Assembly: GCF_011745625.1 (NCBI RefSeq)
Contig: NW_027191458.1
Span: forward strand, 434,001 to 498,000
Length of the DNA: 64,000 nucleotides
From: Cladosporium halotolerans
Taxonomy: Eukaryota
Reading direction: 5' to 3'
A program made the translations under genes and the position numbers. Under the pieces are notes generated by a model. It saw nothing but the letters and a program-made list of their open reading frames with translations. It was not told the origin of the DNA and did not search any database. Shown here one piece after another: positions 1-12,069 of this stretch (positions are counted from its first letter, which is position 1; the number at the start of each line of letters is the position of its first letter).

Positions 1-526
1 GAATGCGTAATGCCATCGAAGTCTCGCCCAATGGATCGAGCGATTTCCGCCTTCCAGTCCGCGGACCACCAGGCCAGGCGGACCGACGGCTTTGCCAGTG
101 CCATTGCCTTCGTTGGAAGATTACTACACGTCGCAAGACATATGTCTGATGTATTGACAAGGGTCTGACAAAGACCAGACCCGGTCACATGCACTCAATG
201 AAGAGGCAAGTGGGGGGAAGTATTAAAAGGGGGCCGGCAAATGCCAGGTCCCAGGAGGCCGCAACACCGACAGGCTCGAGTGAGCAAGTCGGGTGCTGGC
301 ATGCCGCAACACCAGCAAGCCCAAATGAGCGAGCCGGGTGCAGGCAGACTGCGCGCACCTCTCACGCTCTGGGGAGACGCTCGAGGGCGCAGTCAGGGGG
401 TGAGCGCGGCACGTTTACTTCAGGATTGTGTGAGCATGGGAGGTCACACTGCTGAAAACCGCGCTGGAGAGAGAAGGAGGAGAAGAGAGGCGGCGTCGAA
501 AAGCTGCGACTTCTCTATGGCAGTCT

Positions 527-543
527 CGCGCGCGCGCGCGCGC
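527..543. repeat. (CG)8 alternating tract
   Basis: cgcgcgcgcgcgcgcgc read directly. Confidence 0.9.
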
Positions 544-1375
544 TCTTGGCGGGTCGCGAGAGTGAACAAGACAAAAGCTGTGGGACGGCGGCTCACGCTA
601 CAGCGCAGCAACTGGCACAGCCTCTTGTGAAATCTCAATGGCGATTTTACTCAATAGTCAGACGCTTTATGTCTTGATGGCACGGTCTGGGAGATTGGAT
701 TGAAAAAAGGAAGCAGCGCCCGTGGCACCGATAGTTGGCATGAGGGTTGCGCTCACACGAGGCTGGGTCTAATAGGTGCAATGTGAAGGGTCACGACCAC
801 GAGATAAGGATTCTTTCGTAGGATATCAGCATGCGGCCAAGGCTGTCGACAACGCCGGGTGATCTGGGTTCTATGAGAGAGCGTCGTGGACGACCGCTCT
901 GGACCGCAAGTATCTAGGATCACACTTGTGTCTGTTTCAACTGCTGGTTTTCACGCTGGTGGATTGTCATCACCCTCTCAAGTTTGCGATACGTATCTTC
1001 CCTCTCGATTTTGATGGTATAGCTCGTCTTTCTGTCTCCCGAAAAGTCTTCTCTTGTCCCAATGGGGATGACGTGAGATCAGAGCGACTGAGTTGGCGAT
1101 GTTGTCTTCTAGCCCAAAGTTTGGCCTCATGCGACGACGCTCCTTGAGCGGCAGCATAGGCTCTTTCACTTTGTGGACAGTTACTGGAACGGGCACTTGA
1201 CAGGTTTTCGGCGAGGATGCTGCGCGAATGCTTCAACAACGCCGATTGCGGATTCAGAGACACAGTCAGGGGTATCAAAAGCAAGTGATTCGAGTATGTG
1301 CAATGTGGCCAGACCGATACAACCCATAGTCTATAGAAGCTTCTCGCGTGCGAGCCTCGGGCTTCATAAAATCAC

Positions 1376-4300
1376 TCAACTCTGCCGTGAAGACGAATTG
1401 GTGGATGAAAGATCGAGGGAATACCTGTCTTGGGTACTCCTTTCGGCTGTGAAAGGTAGCTGAAATCCCGTGACATTGTCGCTGTCATGGTGTGTTTGGT
1501 ACCGTATCACAGACTGTTTGAAAAGAATCTTGTCTGCCGAACCAAGGGTTAGATGGCAATCCTATGAAAGATACGACGCTGGATCTGACTCACCAGCTGC
1601 ACTTCGGAATTGTATTGTGATCACTTTCTCTCGAGATCCCTTCGGACTGTGATGTGCGCCTGAAATTTGGGTGCGCTCTGGTGATGACGCTTGCATCGAG
1701 TTGAGGTGCAGCATCCCCCCTTCCTGGTAGGAAATCAATTTGACACTCGCTTTGCTGTCTCCATAACTCTCGGAAGGGTCTTCTCTTGGGACTAAAGGTG
1801 TAGTCAGCAGGTGTAAACGTCCTCAACGATGTCTAAAGGGGAGGCTTACGTCGACCAGTGATCCAACAAGGCTTCTGTGGCCTTGGGTTTCTCATTCTAA
1901 AAGTCAGTGCAGCAGTTCCACTGCCTTCATGAACCCAGAAAAACAGATCAGCCATGCCGTGGCGATGCGGGAAGGGCTTTCTCTTTACAGAGAGGTCACT
2001 CGTGGTTACACAGTACCACAAAGCCCAGGAGCCGATGCTGTTGAGGAGCTTATACCTGTCTATCTGTCGGTCAATCACACACCCTGCACTGGCGACCGCA
2101 TCTTGAAAGATGCTCATGGGGCGTACGATACCTTCCAGAGAAGTGAAGGTCCAAATCGTATGACATTTCGAGTACTCAGCTGATACGCAACTGCCGTGTC
2201 TAGGTGCTTGGTAGCCGCGAACACCTTGAACGTCGGACTTATAGTCTGCCGCAAGTAGTCCAATCAGATTTAAGCCAGGCTCGAATCTAGAGAATGATCC
2301 CTCGACCTCGGTTCCTAACATCATGTCAATCATCTCAGGTAGCCAGTATATCCGTGAAGTAGAAGCTGCTGCGTCGTCACGTCCTCTAACGAGTAGCCCA
2401 CGTTTCGCGCTACGGTTGTCGATATCCGGGCAATCAAAAGCCTGTACAGTATGGGTCACTCTATCAGGCATGGAATGTCTCATAGCTTCATCGTTCCCTG
2501 TCAATGTCCACGCACTTTGGGCAGGGTACGGAGAAAGATCAATCGGACTGTCCCGGAGGGAGAGCATCCCGTCGCATGGCTGGTTCATCTTCATGGTAAA
2601 TTCCCGAGCATTCTCTACCGACCAGAAATGGATGAGAACAGTATTGTTGGGGTGCGTGCGGGAATACACCCGGGAGTGTAAGGTCGTACCGTCCGCCTTC
2701 TCTTGACTATCGTGGTCACAATCCGACCACGACAGTAGTACGTGAGTGTCTCGTCGTTCTATGGTGATATCGGCAAGAGGTAACCAGAAGTCCAATCCAA
2801 CATAATCGCTGCCAGAGAGCAAAAAGACCAGTCGCCGTGTGGAAAGATAGAGATCGGCTTTTCGAGACTCGTAGAGGTGTAGCACAGAAGTGGCAGCAGC
2901 AAAGGTCCCTTCGGACGGGTTGCCTTGCAGGATTTGCAATGGATTTTCATTGAGCATTGCTTCAAACACTAGTGTGTCTGCAGCGGAGACTCGCCTGTTC
3001 AATGTTGACTCTGATCTTCTGTGAGCAGATTGCACTTGGGATGACGAAGAATCTGTACGTGGCTTCGTCACATAGCCCGAGTCGAGCGAGCCACCAGCTT
3101 TCCGCCACATTTGCGGATGATCCCCTACAGATGGGCCATTGGTAGCAGTACTGTGCTCAGACTTCCATAGTAGATGTGGCTGTCGCTGCTCGCTAATAGG
3201 GAGGCTAAATTGCTGACGCTCTGGTATGGCGGGAGCGGGAGCCTCAATGCAGCACGGTCCAATATGGCCAGATTCTGGATTGACGGCAGCATGGTCTTGG
3301 AAATGCCTCATCAGAGCTTCCGCAGTAGGTCGGCTGCGAGGGTCTCTTTTCATCTGAGGCAGAATTAGAACTGGGCTCACCAGCGGGTCGTCAGCGTGAT
3401 GCAGCATTATAGTTACCATTTGGACCGTCCATTTAGCGGCCTCTGGCAAGCTAGCGTCTTGTGCTATTTGCCCGAGTCGGCTCTGAAATACATCTGAATC
3501 CGCGGCCATCCAGTAGCATATATCTTGCGTGGAACCAGTATTGTTGATTTTCCGACGAACATACTCGAGGAGCTCGTCCACGCTGATGTCAATGAGTACC
3601 GTCAGCATTTCTAAGAACACACAGCCGAGCGACCATACGTCGCATGCTTCGTTTCTTGGTTTCTGGCTGTGGGCCTCTGGCGAGAGGTATCGTGGCGTTC
3701 GGTTGCGTGCTATGCCTTCGGTTTCGGTTGTGTCTTTGAACTCTGCATCCCTAGCAGACCCAAAGTCACAAAACAGTAAGGAGGTTCCGCTGACGATGAT
3801 ATTTTTGGGTTTGACATCTTTGTGCCGAATCAGTACCGAATGTAGCGATGCGAGTCCAGATACCAGACAGCCAAAGGATAGCCGCAGAATCGCTTTGTCC
3901 TCGCTAGAGATTGGCGCGGGCTGAGCCAGCAAGTCATGAAGATTGCGCTCGGCAACGGGCAATAACAACAGGGCAAAGTATATGGAATCGGTGTAACTTG
4001 CCACCAGTTGCACAACATGCGGATTTCCAATTTGCTGAGCCTTCCTTGTCACCTCCACCTCGTTCTTGAAGAGGGCTAAGCGCTGAGTCTGGGACATCGT
4101 GCCTTCGCACGAACGCCGCATGGTCTTGCGCGCGAAAACGCGGCCGGTTTCACTGTCTTGTACACTCTCTACACTCCCAAATGTGCCTCGAGATATCTCT
4201 TTGATGGTCGTGAACGAAGCCTCCACCGAGTTGAAATGCCTCGGAAGCACTTTGTTTGCATGTGTGCCCCCAAAGGGTATCAAATCCGCGCAGTCTTTGA

Positions 4301-4802
4301 CGGCCTCCTGGAGCTGGAGAAGGCGTCGGGAAAAGACGCTTTGCTTCCTGATGATCGGTGGGAGAAGCTCGTGAGTGTATGGAATAGCATAGTCGCTTAG
4401 GCCCGCAGCAAGTAGCTCATCGTGCGCGTATCGTCTGTCGGTCAGGTCTTCTTCACCGCTGCCCGTCGTGATGCGAAGCAACACATATAGCCGGACGTTC
4501 TCGCTCCATGGCTCCGTTCTTTCATCCGATCGTAGTATCCCTTCCAACTTTTCCCAGTCTTTCTCTGAAAGCACGTCGCTCCTGCTGGCATAGTCTTTCT
4601 CAAAAGGCAAGGAGGGCAGTAAGACGCAGATCTTCGCCTCCAAGTGTTCGGCTAGACGCTTTTTGTCTATGTCAGATTAGCACAATGCGCGGCAAAAATA
4701 TCGACGAGTGCGCAATGCCTTGTTGCAGCAAAGAGAGTGCATACCGACCCATCTTATGGATGATGCACTGTCGGAGTATGTGCTGGAGGCCCGCGGGGGC
4801 AT
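1376..4802 (-). CDS. Ser/Thr protein kinase with long uncharacterised C-terminal region (6 exons)
   Basis: Kinase motifs ISRGTFGSV, FARK, HKDVKPKN, CDFG, YLSPE and DVWSLG. By-eye model: ATG 4802 (MPPRASSTY); GT-AG introns 4667-4744, 3354-3416, 2060-2131, 1792-1849 and ~1534-1593 keep the frame open to TGA at 1376-1378. Confidence 0.85.
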
Positions 4803-5269
4803 GTTGCGCCGATGAAAAGTTCAAAGGCCTATACTTGTTCGCATGTTCAAAGCGAAAGTGAAATGGACATAGCTAAGCCCTCAAAGCCGCACAAGGTTGT
4901 CAGTGAAGTTCTACCAGTGATCCGGGTGGCGTGAAATACGAGGCAGCAACACCGCCCCCGATGCCGTGATCTCTCGCATCTGCAGTACCCGGCTCAAGGC
5001 AATCCCCCACGGCGGGAAGAGCATACAGTGCATCTAAGCGAGTCCCGTGAATGATCTTGACACACATGCCGCGTGACCTTACTGGATGCCAATTCCAGGC
5101 TGAGCCGACCAGGCGACCGGTGTGGATGAGGGGTGCATATGGAGTGCATGAACACTCCGAGCATCGCCACGATGGTCTGCATCTGCGGGTTCAGCCTCGT
5201 ACACATAACTATAAGTACGGCGGGCGGGCTGCTTGCGCCTAAGGCTTGTCTTCGGAGTACAAAGGCACC

Positions 5270-7780
5270 ATGGTCTCTCAGAATACGGATCAGTTTTTCG
5301 AGTTTCAGAACCCGTTCGATGAATGGGACGAGGAGGAGGTCAAGGAGAAGGCTCGGGAATTCGCGCGGGGCAACGGGCTTCACAGCTACGAAGATTTCTT
5401 CGTGCGTGGTGGACTACTCAATCTGAACCCGGAGGCATTTCAGAGTATCCGTCAGGATGGCCACAGGCTTTCTCAAGAGGAATGCAATGCTTTGAATGTC
5501 GAGCAATGCCCCAAAAGTGGGTTTGACAGATTTCGCCAGACCAGAGGCCTCTATCTTCTGGTCGCTCTCTGTTCAGCCGCAGCAGCGGGTACGAATCGTG
5601 AATCACGACCGCATCTGCACTGGATTCGCTGACCTGCAGTTTTCAGTCCAAGGATGGGATGAATCAGCTGTCAACGGTGGTGAGTAAGGCCCTCGGTGAA
5701 GCGAAGAACGAGGAGGCTAAGAGACTGACAATACTGTAGCCCAGATATACTATTCGCAGGCTCTATCGATAGGTCCGGATGATGTCAAATTCGGACTCGT
5801 CAACAGCGCCCCATACTTGTTTTGTACTTTTTCTTGTCTACTAACATACCCATTGAACTATCGACTAGGGCGGCGGGGCGCTATTTTCGTCACGTGCTTG
5901 CTCTCTTTCGCATCCTGCCTTGGACAGGCTTTCGTACAATCATGGCAACAGCTGTTTATTGCCCGTCTACTACTTGGCCTCGGAATTGGCCCCAAGAGCG
6001 CGACGGTTCCCATATATTCCGCAGAATGTGCGCCAGCGAAGGTCCGTGGTGCTCTAGTGATGATGTGGCAGGTATGTTCCACCGCAGCTTGGATGGCATT
6101 CAACCAGGGTTACTTATTTTTCCGCCGTAGATGTGGACAGCGTTCGGAATCATGCTTGGATACGCTGCAGGGGCGGTGCTACACGATGTTGCTGGCAGTG
6201 GATCTGAGTTCCAGCCTAAAGATTCAGAAGGCAACCTTAGTCTTAGCCACAGCTGCCCTGACGACTCTGGGGAGTCCAATTTACTTCGTCTGGCTTGTGT
6301 GAGTGAGCTTCTGCTTTGTGTGCCTCACTAATGCTATGATAACTGACAGCAGGTAGAGCTGGAACTGGAGGCTCATGCTGGCTAGTCCGTAAGTTCCATT
6401 CGGAAGCTTAGTCTGGGATATATCTGACTCTTGTCACTTCAGCATGGTATTGCCTTTGATAGTCGCAGCATACGTCTACACTCTCCCGGAAAGTCCAAGA
6501 TGGCTGCTGAATCGTGCCCACAATCACCCTAATGAGCGAAGACGTTACGAGGAAGCCTTCGACTCACTGGTTCGACTCCGTCCCACACGGCTACAAGCCG
6601 CGAGAGACCTTTTTCTCATACATCATGAGCTCCAACAAATTGACTACATTGCCGAATCTTCCAAGAGACCGCTGGCAACACTCTTCACCAATGGCCGGAG
6701 CGCTCGCGCACTGTTTGCCAGCGTAACATGCATGTTCTTCCAGCAGGTAAGTCCTCGCAGGCAAACGAAAACTACCGAAACCGAATCCTCAACCGCTCGA
6801 TCTGTTGGACATGCCTTATGCTCATTGAGTTTGTAGTTCTGCGGTGTCAACGTGATTGCCTATTATAGCACGATAATTCTTCTTCGCGCTGGTTCTCAGC
6901 CTACACCGGCTTTGCTTGGATCTCTCGGATTCGGCGTCATCAATTTCGTTTTTGCGTTTCCGGCTTTTTGGACGATTGACACCTTTGGCAGACGAAGTCT
7001 ACTATTAGCGACTTTCCCTCTAATGGCACTGTGTCATGCCCTGATTGCCATCGCATTTGGGGTCACAAAATCGAACGAGGATAGTCCTCTCAGGATTGGG
7101 CTCACTATTGCGAGCATGTACCTCTTCGGCATCGCGTACAGTCCAGGAGAAGGACCGGTTCCGTTTGTATGACTGGTCCCTCAAAATAGCGGATTCTCGT
7201 TCATCGTCTGACCCGGCTCTCAGGTGTATGCTGCTGAGAGCATGCCGTTATATAATCGTGACATTGGTACGTGTCTGCTCGACTCCAGCTGCATCATGGA
7301 AGTGCTGACAATTCGATGCGCAGGCATGGGCATAGGTGAGTCTTGTCGACCTGAGTACATGAATGACGCGAAAGGCTGAAGCGTTGGCGCCAGTGACATC
7401 CATCAATTGGTTTCTAAATTTCGTGATTGCGATATCTTGGCCACCACTCTTCAAAGCTTTCGATCAGTATGGAGCTTTCATATGGTACGCCGGGTGGTGC
7501 ATTGCTGGCGAGGTGATTATACTCCTGTAAGTACCGTCAAGGCTTTTCGAGCGTGGATTCCTGCTGACCAAAAATAAGCACTGTGCCAGAGACAAAGGGC
7601 TTGACACTCGAGGAGCTCTCGTATGTCTTCCGTGTTTCAACGGCCAGGCATGCTAGACTCGGCATACAGCAAGCCAGAGCTGTAATGCGATGGTGCCTAT
7701 CGCCCAAAAAGAAGCTGAGTGTTCCAGTGTTGGAGAAGCGAGCACCGGGTCCTGATATGGAGATGATGAGACATGGTTAG
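5270..7780 (+). CDS. MFS sugar/polyol (myo-inositol-like) transporter, multi-exon
   Basis: Sugar-porter motifs VQGWDESAVNG, GRRGAI, ARLLLGLGIGPKSATVPIYSAECAP, PESPRWL, IDTFGRRSLLL and PETKGLTLEEL are spread over ~12 exons with GT-AG introns, including a 12-nt microexon at 7324-7335. The start may lie further upstream. Confidence 0.9.
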
Positions 7781-8332
7781 GTCCATCTGATCAGTTTCAT
7801 TCGTTGTCAAGCTGCCCAAAGATGGGATTTGTGTTGTTGTGGCTTTGACCAGCGTATTGCAGCGTCCTTCACTTCTCAGAGAATGAAAGATTCTGCACCG
7901 AATGAGCCAGTGGAATCGTCTGGTGATTGTTGGCTGTGCGTAATTGGTTGCCAGGACTTGGTATATTGGAGCAACCCTAATCTCGCATGCAGGGTACGTC
8001 CGCAGTGGTTAGCTGGGTGAAACTGAAACGAACTGCGTCCACGGTATTTCGTCATCGTATCTTCTGAATATTCGCCGCAGCAGCAGCTGAGAAGATGGAC
8101 CGGTGAATCCTAGACCACTATAGACTAGCCCGTGCTGATCATGCAGACTGCTTGGGCGCAGCCAAGTGGCGCAGCCAGCACTGCCAACTCAGTCATCTGC
8201 AAGTCCTACAAACTGCAGGTACATATTGAGGGTCGTGCTCGGACGGGTAATCAATTCCTCCATCGTAACATTGCGTGTTCATAAATTAGTGCTCTTCCAC
8301 AAGCTCTGATAGCAGCATTACACCTTCCGAAA

Positions 8333-10051
8333 ATGGTGACAGGTCTCGAAACCGCGGCTTCGGCTCTTAGCGTCGTCTCTCTTGCTGCCCAATTGTTCAA
8401 TGGGTGTGTGGAAGGGTACAAGTTGTGCCACAGTGCTCAGAATATAGGCAAAGACGGCGGCAGACTGCACACGAAGCTCCAAGTACAATGGAGTAGGCTC
8501 GTAGCTTGGGCTCGCAAGGCTGGCCTCCCCAACGGTCCATTCAAGCGGCTTCAATGGGACTCAATCATACTTATCCTGGGCCAACAACAAGAGCTCCTCC
8601 GCTCTGCCAAGGCGCTGCATGAGCGGTATCGGCTGAGTATTGGCGATGAGCAGCCGCTGTTGCACAACATTGCTGAGCATCCCTTTTCAGTCGAACCAGA
8701 GGGCTCCAGATATGAGACACCAGACATAGTCGAGAGATTGAAACCACTCTTTCTCAGCACACACAGTATGCGGCAGGATGCAGCCAACAGTATCCGCGAG
8801 CATAACGGCATACTTCGGAGAATGACATGGGCTATTAAAGACAAGGAGAAGCTGGAAAATATCATCTCGGAAATCACAGGTCTGAACAGCCAACTGGTCG
8901 AGTTCCTGAACGACTCCGACAAAGAGGTATTCAGTCATGAGATTAGCACTCTCTACCGAGCCTTAGTCTCGGAGTGTAAGGCCACCGACGAGCTTGATGT
9001 GGTCCGTCAATCGATGCCGCCAGATGCTCCCTCGGCGATACTCGCCGCTGCACATGTTAAAAAGCTACGCCTCGCCCTCAAATTTGCCAGAAGTAGTAGC
9101 GGGCTCTCCATCATGACGGACGGTTCTTCGACTCACGTAGAAGGCTGCAAACATTTTAGAGCGCAAAAGCTGATGGCCAACCTGGAAGAAGAGTCCTACG
9201 GAACGCGAATCACGACTTACAATCAAAGTGTGGTGATGGTGGAGTGGCGGACGATCACGGCCAATTGGGAGGCTGTGAGGGAATCCCTCCGTGATCTCGC
9301 GATGCTTCTTCAGCAAGCGGACGACTCGTCGTTCCACAGCTTGCCCTGTGCAGGATATGTGGATATCCAGGAGTCTGGTCGCTTCGGCTTCGTATACGAT
9401 GTCACGGAGCTGGCCTCGGGTGCTGACGCAACATCTATCTGGAGTCGATCACTGTTTGACCTCATGCCAGGCTGTCGATTCGTCTCTATGGTAGATCGAG
9501 TGCGTATCGCATGTGACATTGCAGAGGCAGTGTTGCAGCTTCACACTGCCGGCTGGCTTCACAAGGGAATTTGCTCAGAGAACGTGGTGTTTGTCGCAGC
9601 TGCAAGGTCGAGCCAAAGGGAGATCCTCACAGGGAGACCGTATCTATTCGGGTACGGGTATGCGAGGCCAGACACAGTCAGCGCCGCAGTCATGACCGAG
9701 ATGCCTGTGACTGCCACCAACCGAGACCTCTACCGACACCCCAATGCCCGCGGCGAAGCGAGGCATTCCTTCCAGACACGCTTTGACATGTACGGTCTCG
9801 CGTGCGTGCTCACCGAATTAGCTCTCTGGAGACGTTTGGAGGAAATCTTGGTCAACTATCGCGCGTCGACGCTACAGCAAAGGCTTCCGTCCTTGAACGA
9901 GCTTTCCAGGGATACCGGTTTCCAGGAGGAGCTCTCATTCCATGTCGGGCCAAAATTTGTAGAAGCTATCGCGTTGTGTCTTGATCACAAGCAAGATGAA
10001 TTAGTGGAGATGCGTGTCCTAGACGCATTGAGATCATGCAGAGAGTCGTGA
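8333..10051 (+). CDS. HeLo (prion-inhibition/propagation) domain fused to a kinase-like (pseudokinase) domain
   Basis: The N-terminus GLETAASALSVVSLAAQLFNGCVEGYK...LQVQWSRLVAWARKAGL and the RRMTWAIKDKEKLENII segment are typical of HeLo. The C-terminal LHTAGWLHKGICSENV, LFGYGYARP, LYRHP and DMYGLACVLTELALW are kinase-fold motifs. Single 572-aa ORF. Confidence 0.85.
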   Translation: MVTGLETAASALSVVSLAAQLFNGCVEGYKLCHSAQNIGKDGGRLHTKLQVQWSRLVAWARKAGLPNGPFKRLQWDSIILILGQQQELLRSAKALHERYRLSIGDEQPLLHNIAEHPFSVEPEGSRYETPDIVERLKPLFLSTHSMRQDAANSIREHNGILRRMTWAIKDKEKLENIISEITGLNSQLVEFLNDSDKEVFSHEISTLYRALVSECKATDELDVVRQSMPPDAPSAILAAAHVKKLRLALKFARSSSGLSIMTDGSSTHVEGCKHFRAQKLMANLEEESYGTRITTYNQSVVMVEWRTITANWEAVRESLRDLAMLLQQADDSSFHSLPCAGYVDIQESGRFGFVYDVTELASGADATSIWSRSLFDLMPGCRFVSMVDRVRIACDIAEAVLQLHTAGWLHKGICSENVVFVAAARSSQREILTGRPYLFGYGYARPDTVSAAVMTEMPVTATNRDLYRHPNARGEARHSFQTRFDMYGLACVLTELALWRRLEEILVNYRASTLQQRLPSLNELSRDTGFQEELSFHVGPKFVEAIALCLDHKQDELVEMRVLDALRSCRES

Positions 10052-10463
10052 CGCTGACATCTATTCCATGTATTTCGGTATCTATAGATCGCTCAGTCAA
10101 TAATGCGAGTTTCGAACGCCCGCCTGACGTGTCCACCGTTCTTCATAGAATGCGTACGTTTGACGCCAATGACATCAGCGGATGATCGACTGAGGGTGGT
10201 TTGACGTCGCATTGCTGTCTGGTGACGAATATTGTTGTTTGTTCATCAAAGGCAAAGCGGTCGCGGTGTTTACATTCCGCGCACACTGAGGTCCATGCTT
10301 TGCCCACTTTTCATTGGTCAAAAAATGTCCGATCTGGGGCCGAGCTTGTCTCAATTTAGCGTTTCAAGGGTCTACGCGTGGCTCGTCCCAAGCTGCCTGT
10401 TGATTCCAGATGCCCCTTGGCACAGCGTTCCTTTGTGCTTCGTAACACAGCATCGCCGCCGTC

Positions 10464-11909
10464 ATGGCTTCGACAATCCATCCGTATCTCACAGAGCCGG
10501 ATATCATAGTCCTACGGAATCTGTTCAACGATGTCAGTCGAGCAGATGATCAGAAAAAGACGGGTGAATCGAAGACAGACCCTAAGAGCGACAAGACCTT
10601 AGGAGAAGACATCGACCATCTCAAGACCGACAGAGGCGCACTGGACCGTCTGAAAGCTTTGAACGATCCGGAGAATTCGCAGTTTCAGCCTACAGTGCTG
10701 GTCACCTGGGACGAAAAAGACATCCATCCTATTATCAATGAGTACCTCATCCGGCCATATGCAAAGGTCGCTTCACGCATTGTCCGCCATCCAGCAGATG
10801 TTGTCTTTTTGACGCATGTTCTTCTCTACACATTTGTCAATCTACCCAGTGCGATCTATCTTTTCTACAATTTTTCGTACCTCCACGGAATTATTCACAC
10901 CGCCTTTACCTTTTGGTGCGCCGGATCTTTCACATTATTAATGCACAACCACATCCACAACAATGGTATCCTGGCAAGAGAATGGGCAATATTTGACTTT
11001 TGCTTTCCTTACGTCCTAGAGCCACTGATGGGCCACACATGGGACTCTTACTATTACCACCACGTAAAGCACCATCACGTCGAAGGCAACGGACCCAACG
11101 ACCTGTCTTCAACGCTTCGATACCAACGTGACGACATCTGGCACTTCCTGCATTACGTCGGCCGATTCCTCTTCCTCATCTGGCTCGATCTCCCGCTGTA
11201 CTTTGTTCGCAAAGGTAACTACAAGCTTGCTCTGCAGTCCGGAGGCTCAGAGTACGCTGCCTACGCCTTCCTCTACTACATGACATTCCACGTCAACGCC
11301 CGTGCATCGACCTCCGTCCTCATCATCCCCTTCATGCTCCTGCGCTTGGGTCTCATGATCGGGAACTGGGGCCAGCACGCCCTCGTTGACGAGTTGGAGC
11401 CGGATTCAGACTACCGGTCCAGCATCACTCTGGTAGACGTACCTGTAAGCTCAATAAGGCCTTAAGAAAACACGCAAAGCCACTAATAGCGTTCACAGAG
11501 TAACCGCTTCTGCTTCAATGACGGCTACCACACCGGCCACCACCTGAACCCGCGCAGACACTGGCGCGATCAGCCCGTGCACTTCATCGAATCCAAGGCC
11601 GCCTACCGCGACGGCCGAGCGCTTGTCTTCCACAATATCGACTACCTGATGATGACATTTAAGCTGATGCAGAAGGACTATATGTACCTTGCTAACTGCC
11701 TCGTGCCCATGGGCGACCAGATTGGCATGTCGCAGCGGGAGCTCGCGGACATGCTGCGCACCAAGACGAGGCGATTCACGGAGGAGGAAATCGAGGCCAA
11801 ATTCAAGAAGCCTGTCTCTGCTGCTGAGCGCAAGAAGGCCGGTGTGCAGAAGCCGCTTGTCGATGAGAAGAAGACCGATGTGGTGACGGAATGCAGGAAC
11901 CGCAAGTAG
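10464..11909 (+). CDS. Membrane fatty-acid desaturase/hydroxylase-family protein
   Basis: His boxes HNHIH, HHVKHHH and GYHTGHH plus transmembrane segments. Intron 11445-11498 joins the two ORFs in frame. Confidence 0.85.
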
Positions 11910-12069
11910 GAGGGATGTATGGACACTTATAGGCCCTTCAAACAGCACAGACCGGTAGAGACAAAATATAGATACATAGATGCTGCATTTAGGAGTCAAA
12001 ACCTTTGTTGACATTGCGTCTTGTTGCCAGTGAATTGGTCCGCTCCGCCCGAGATGATACTCTAAATAC

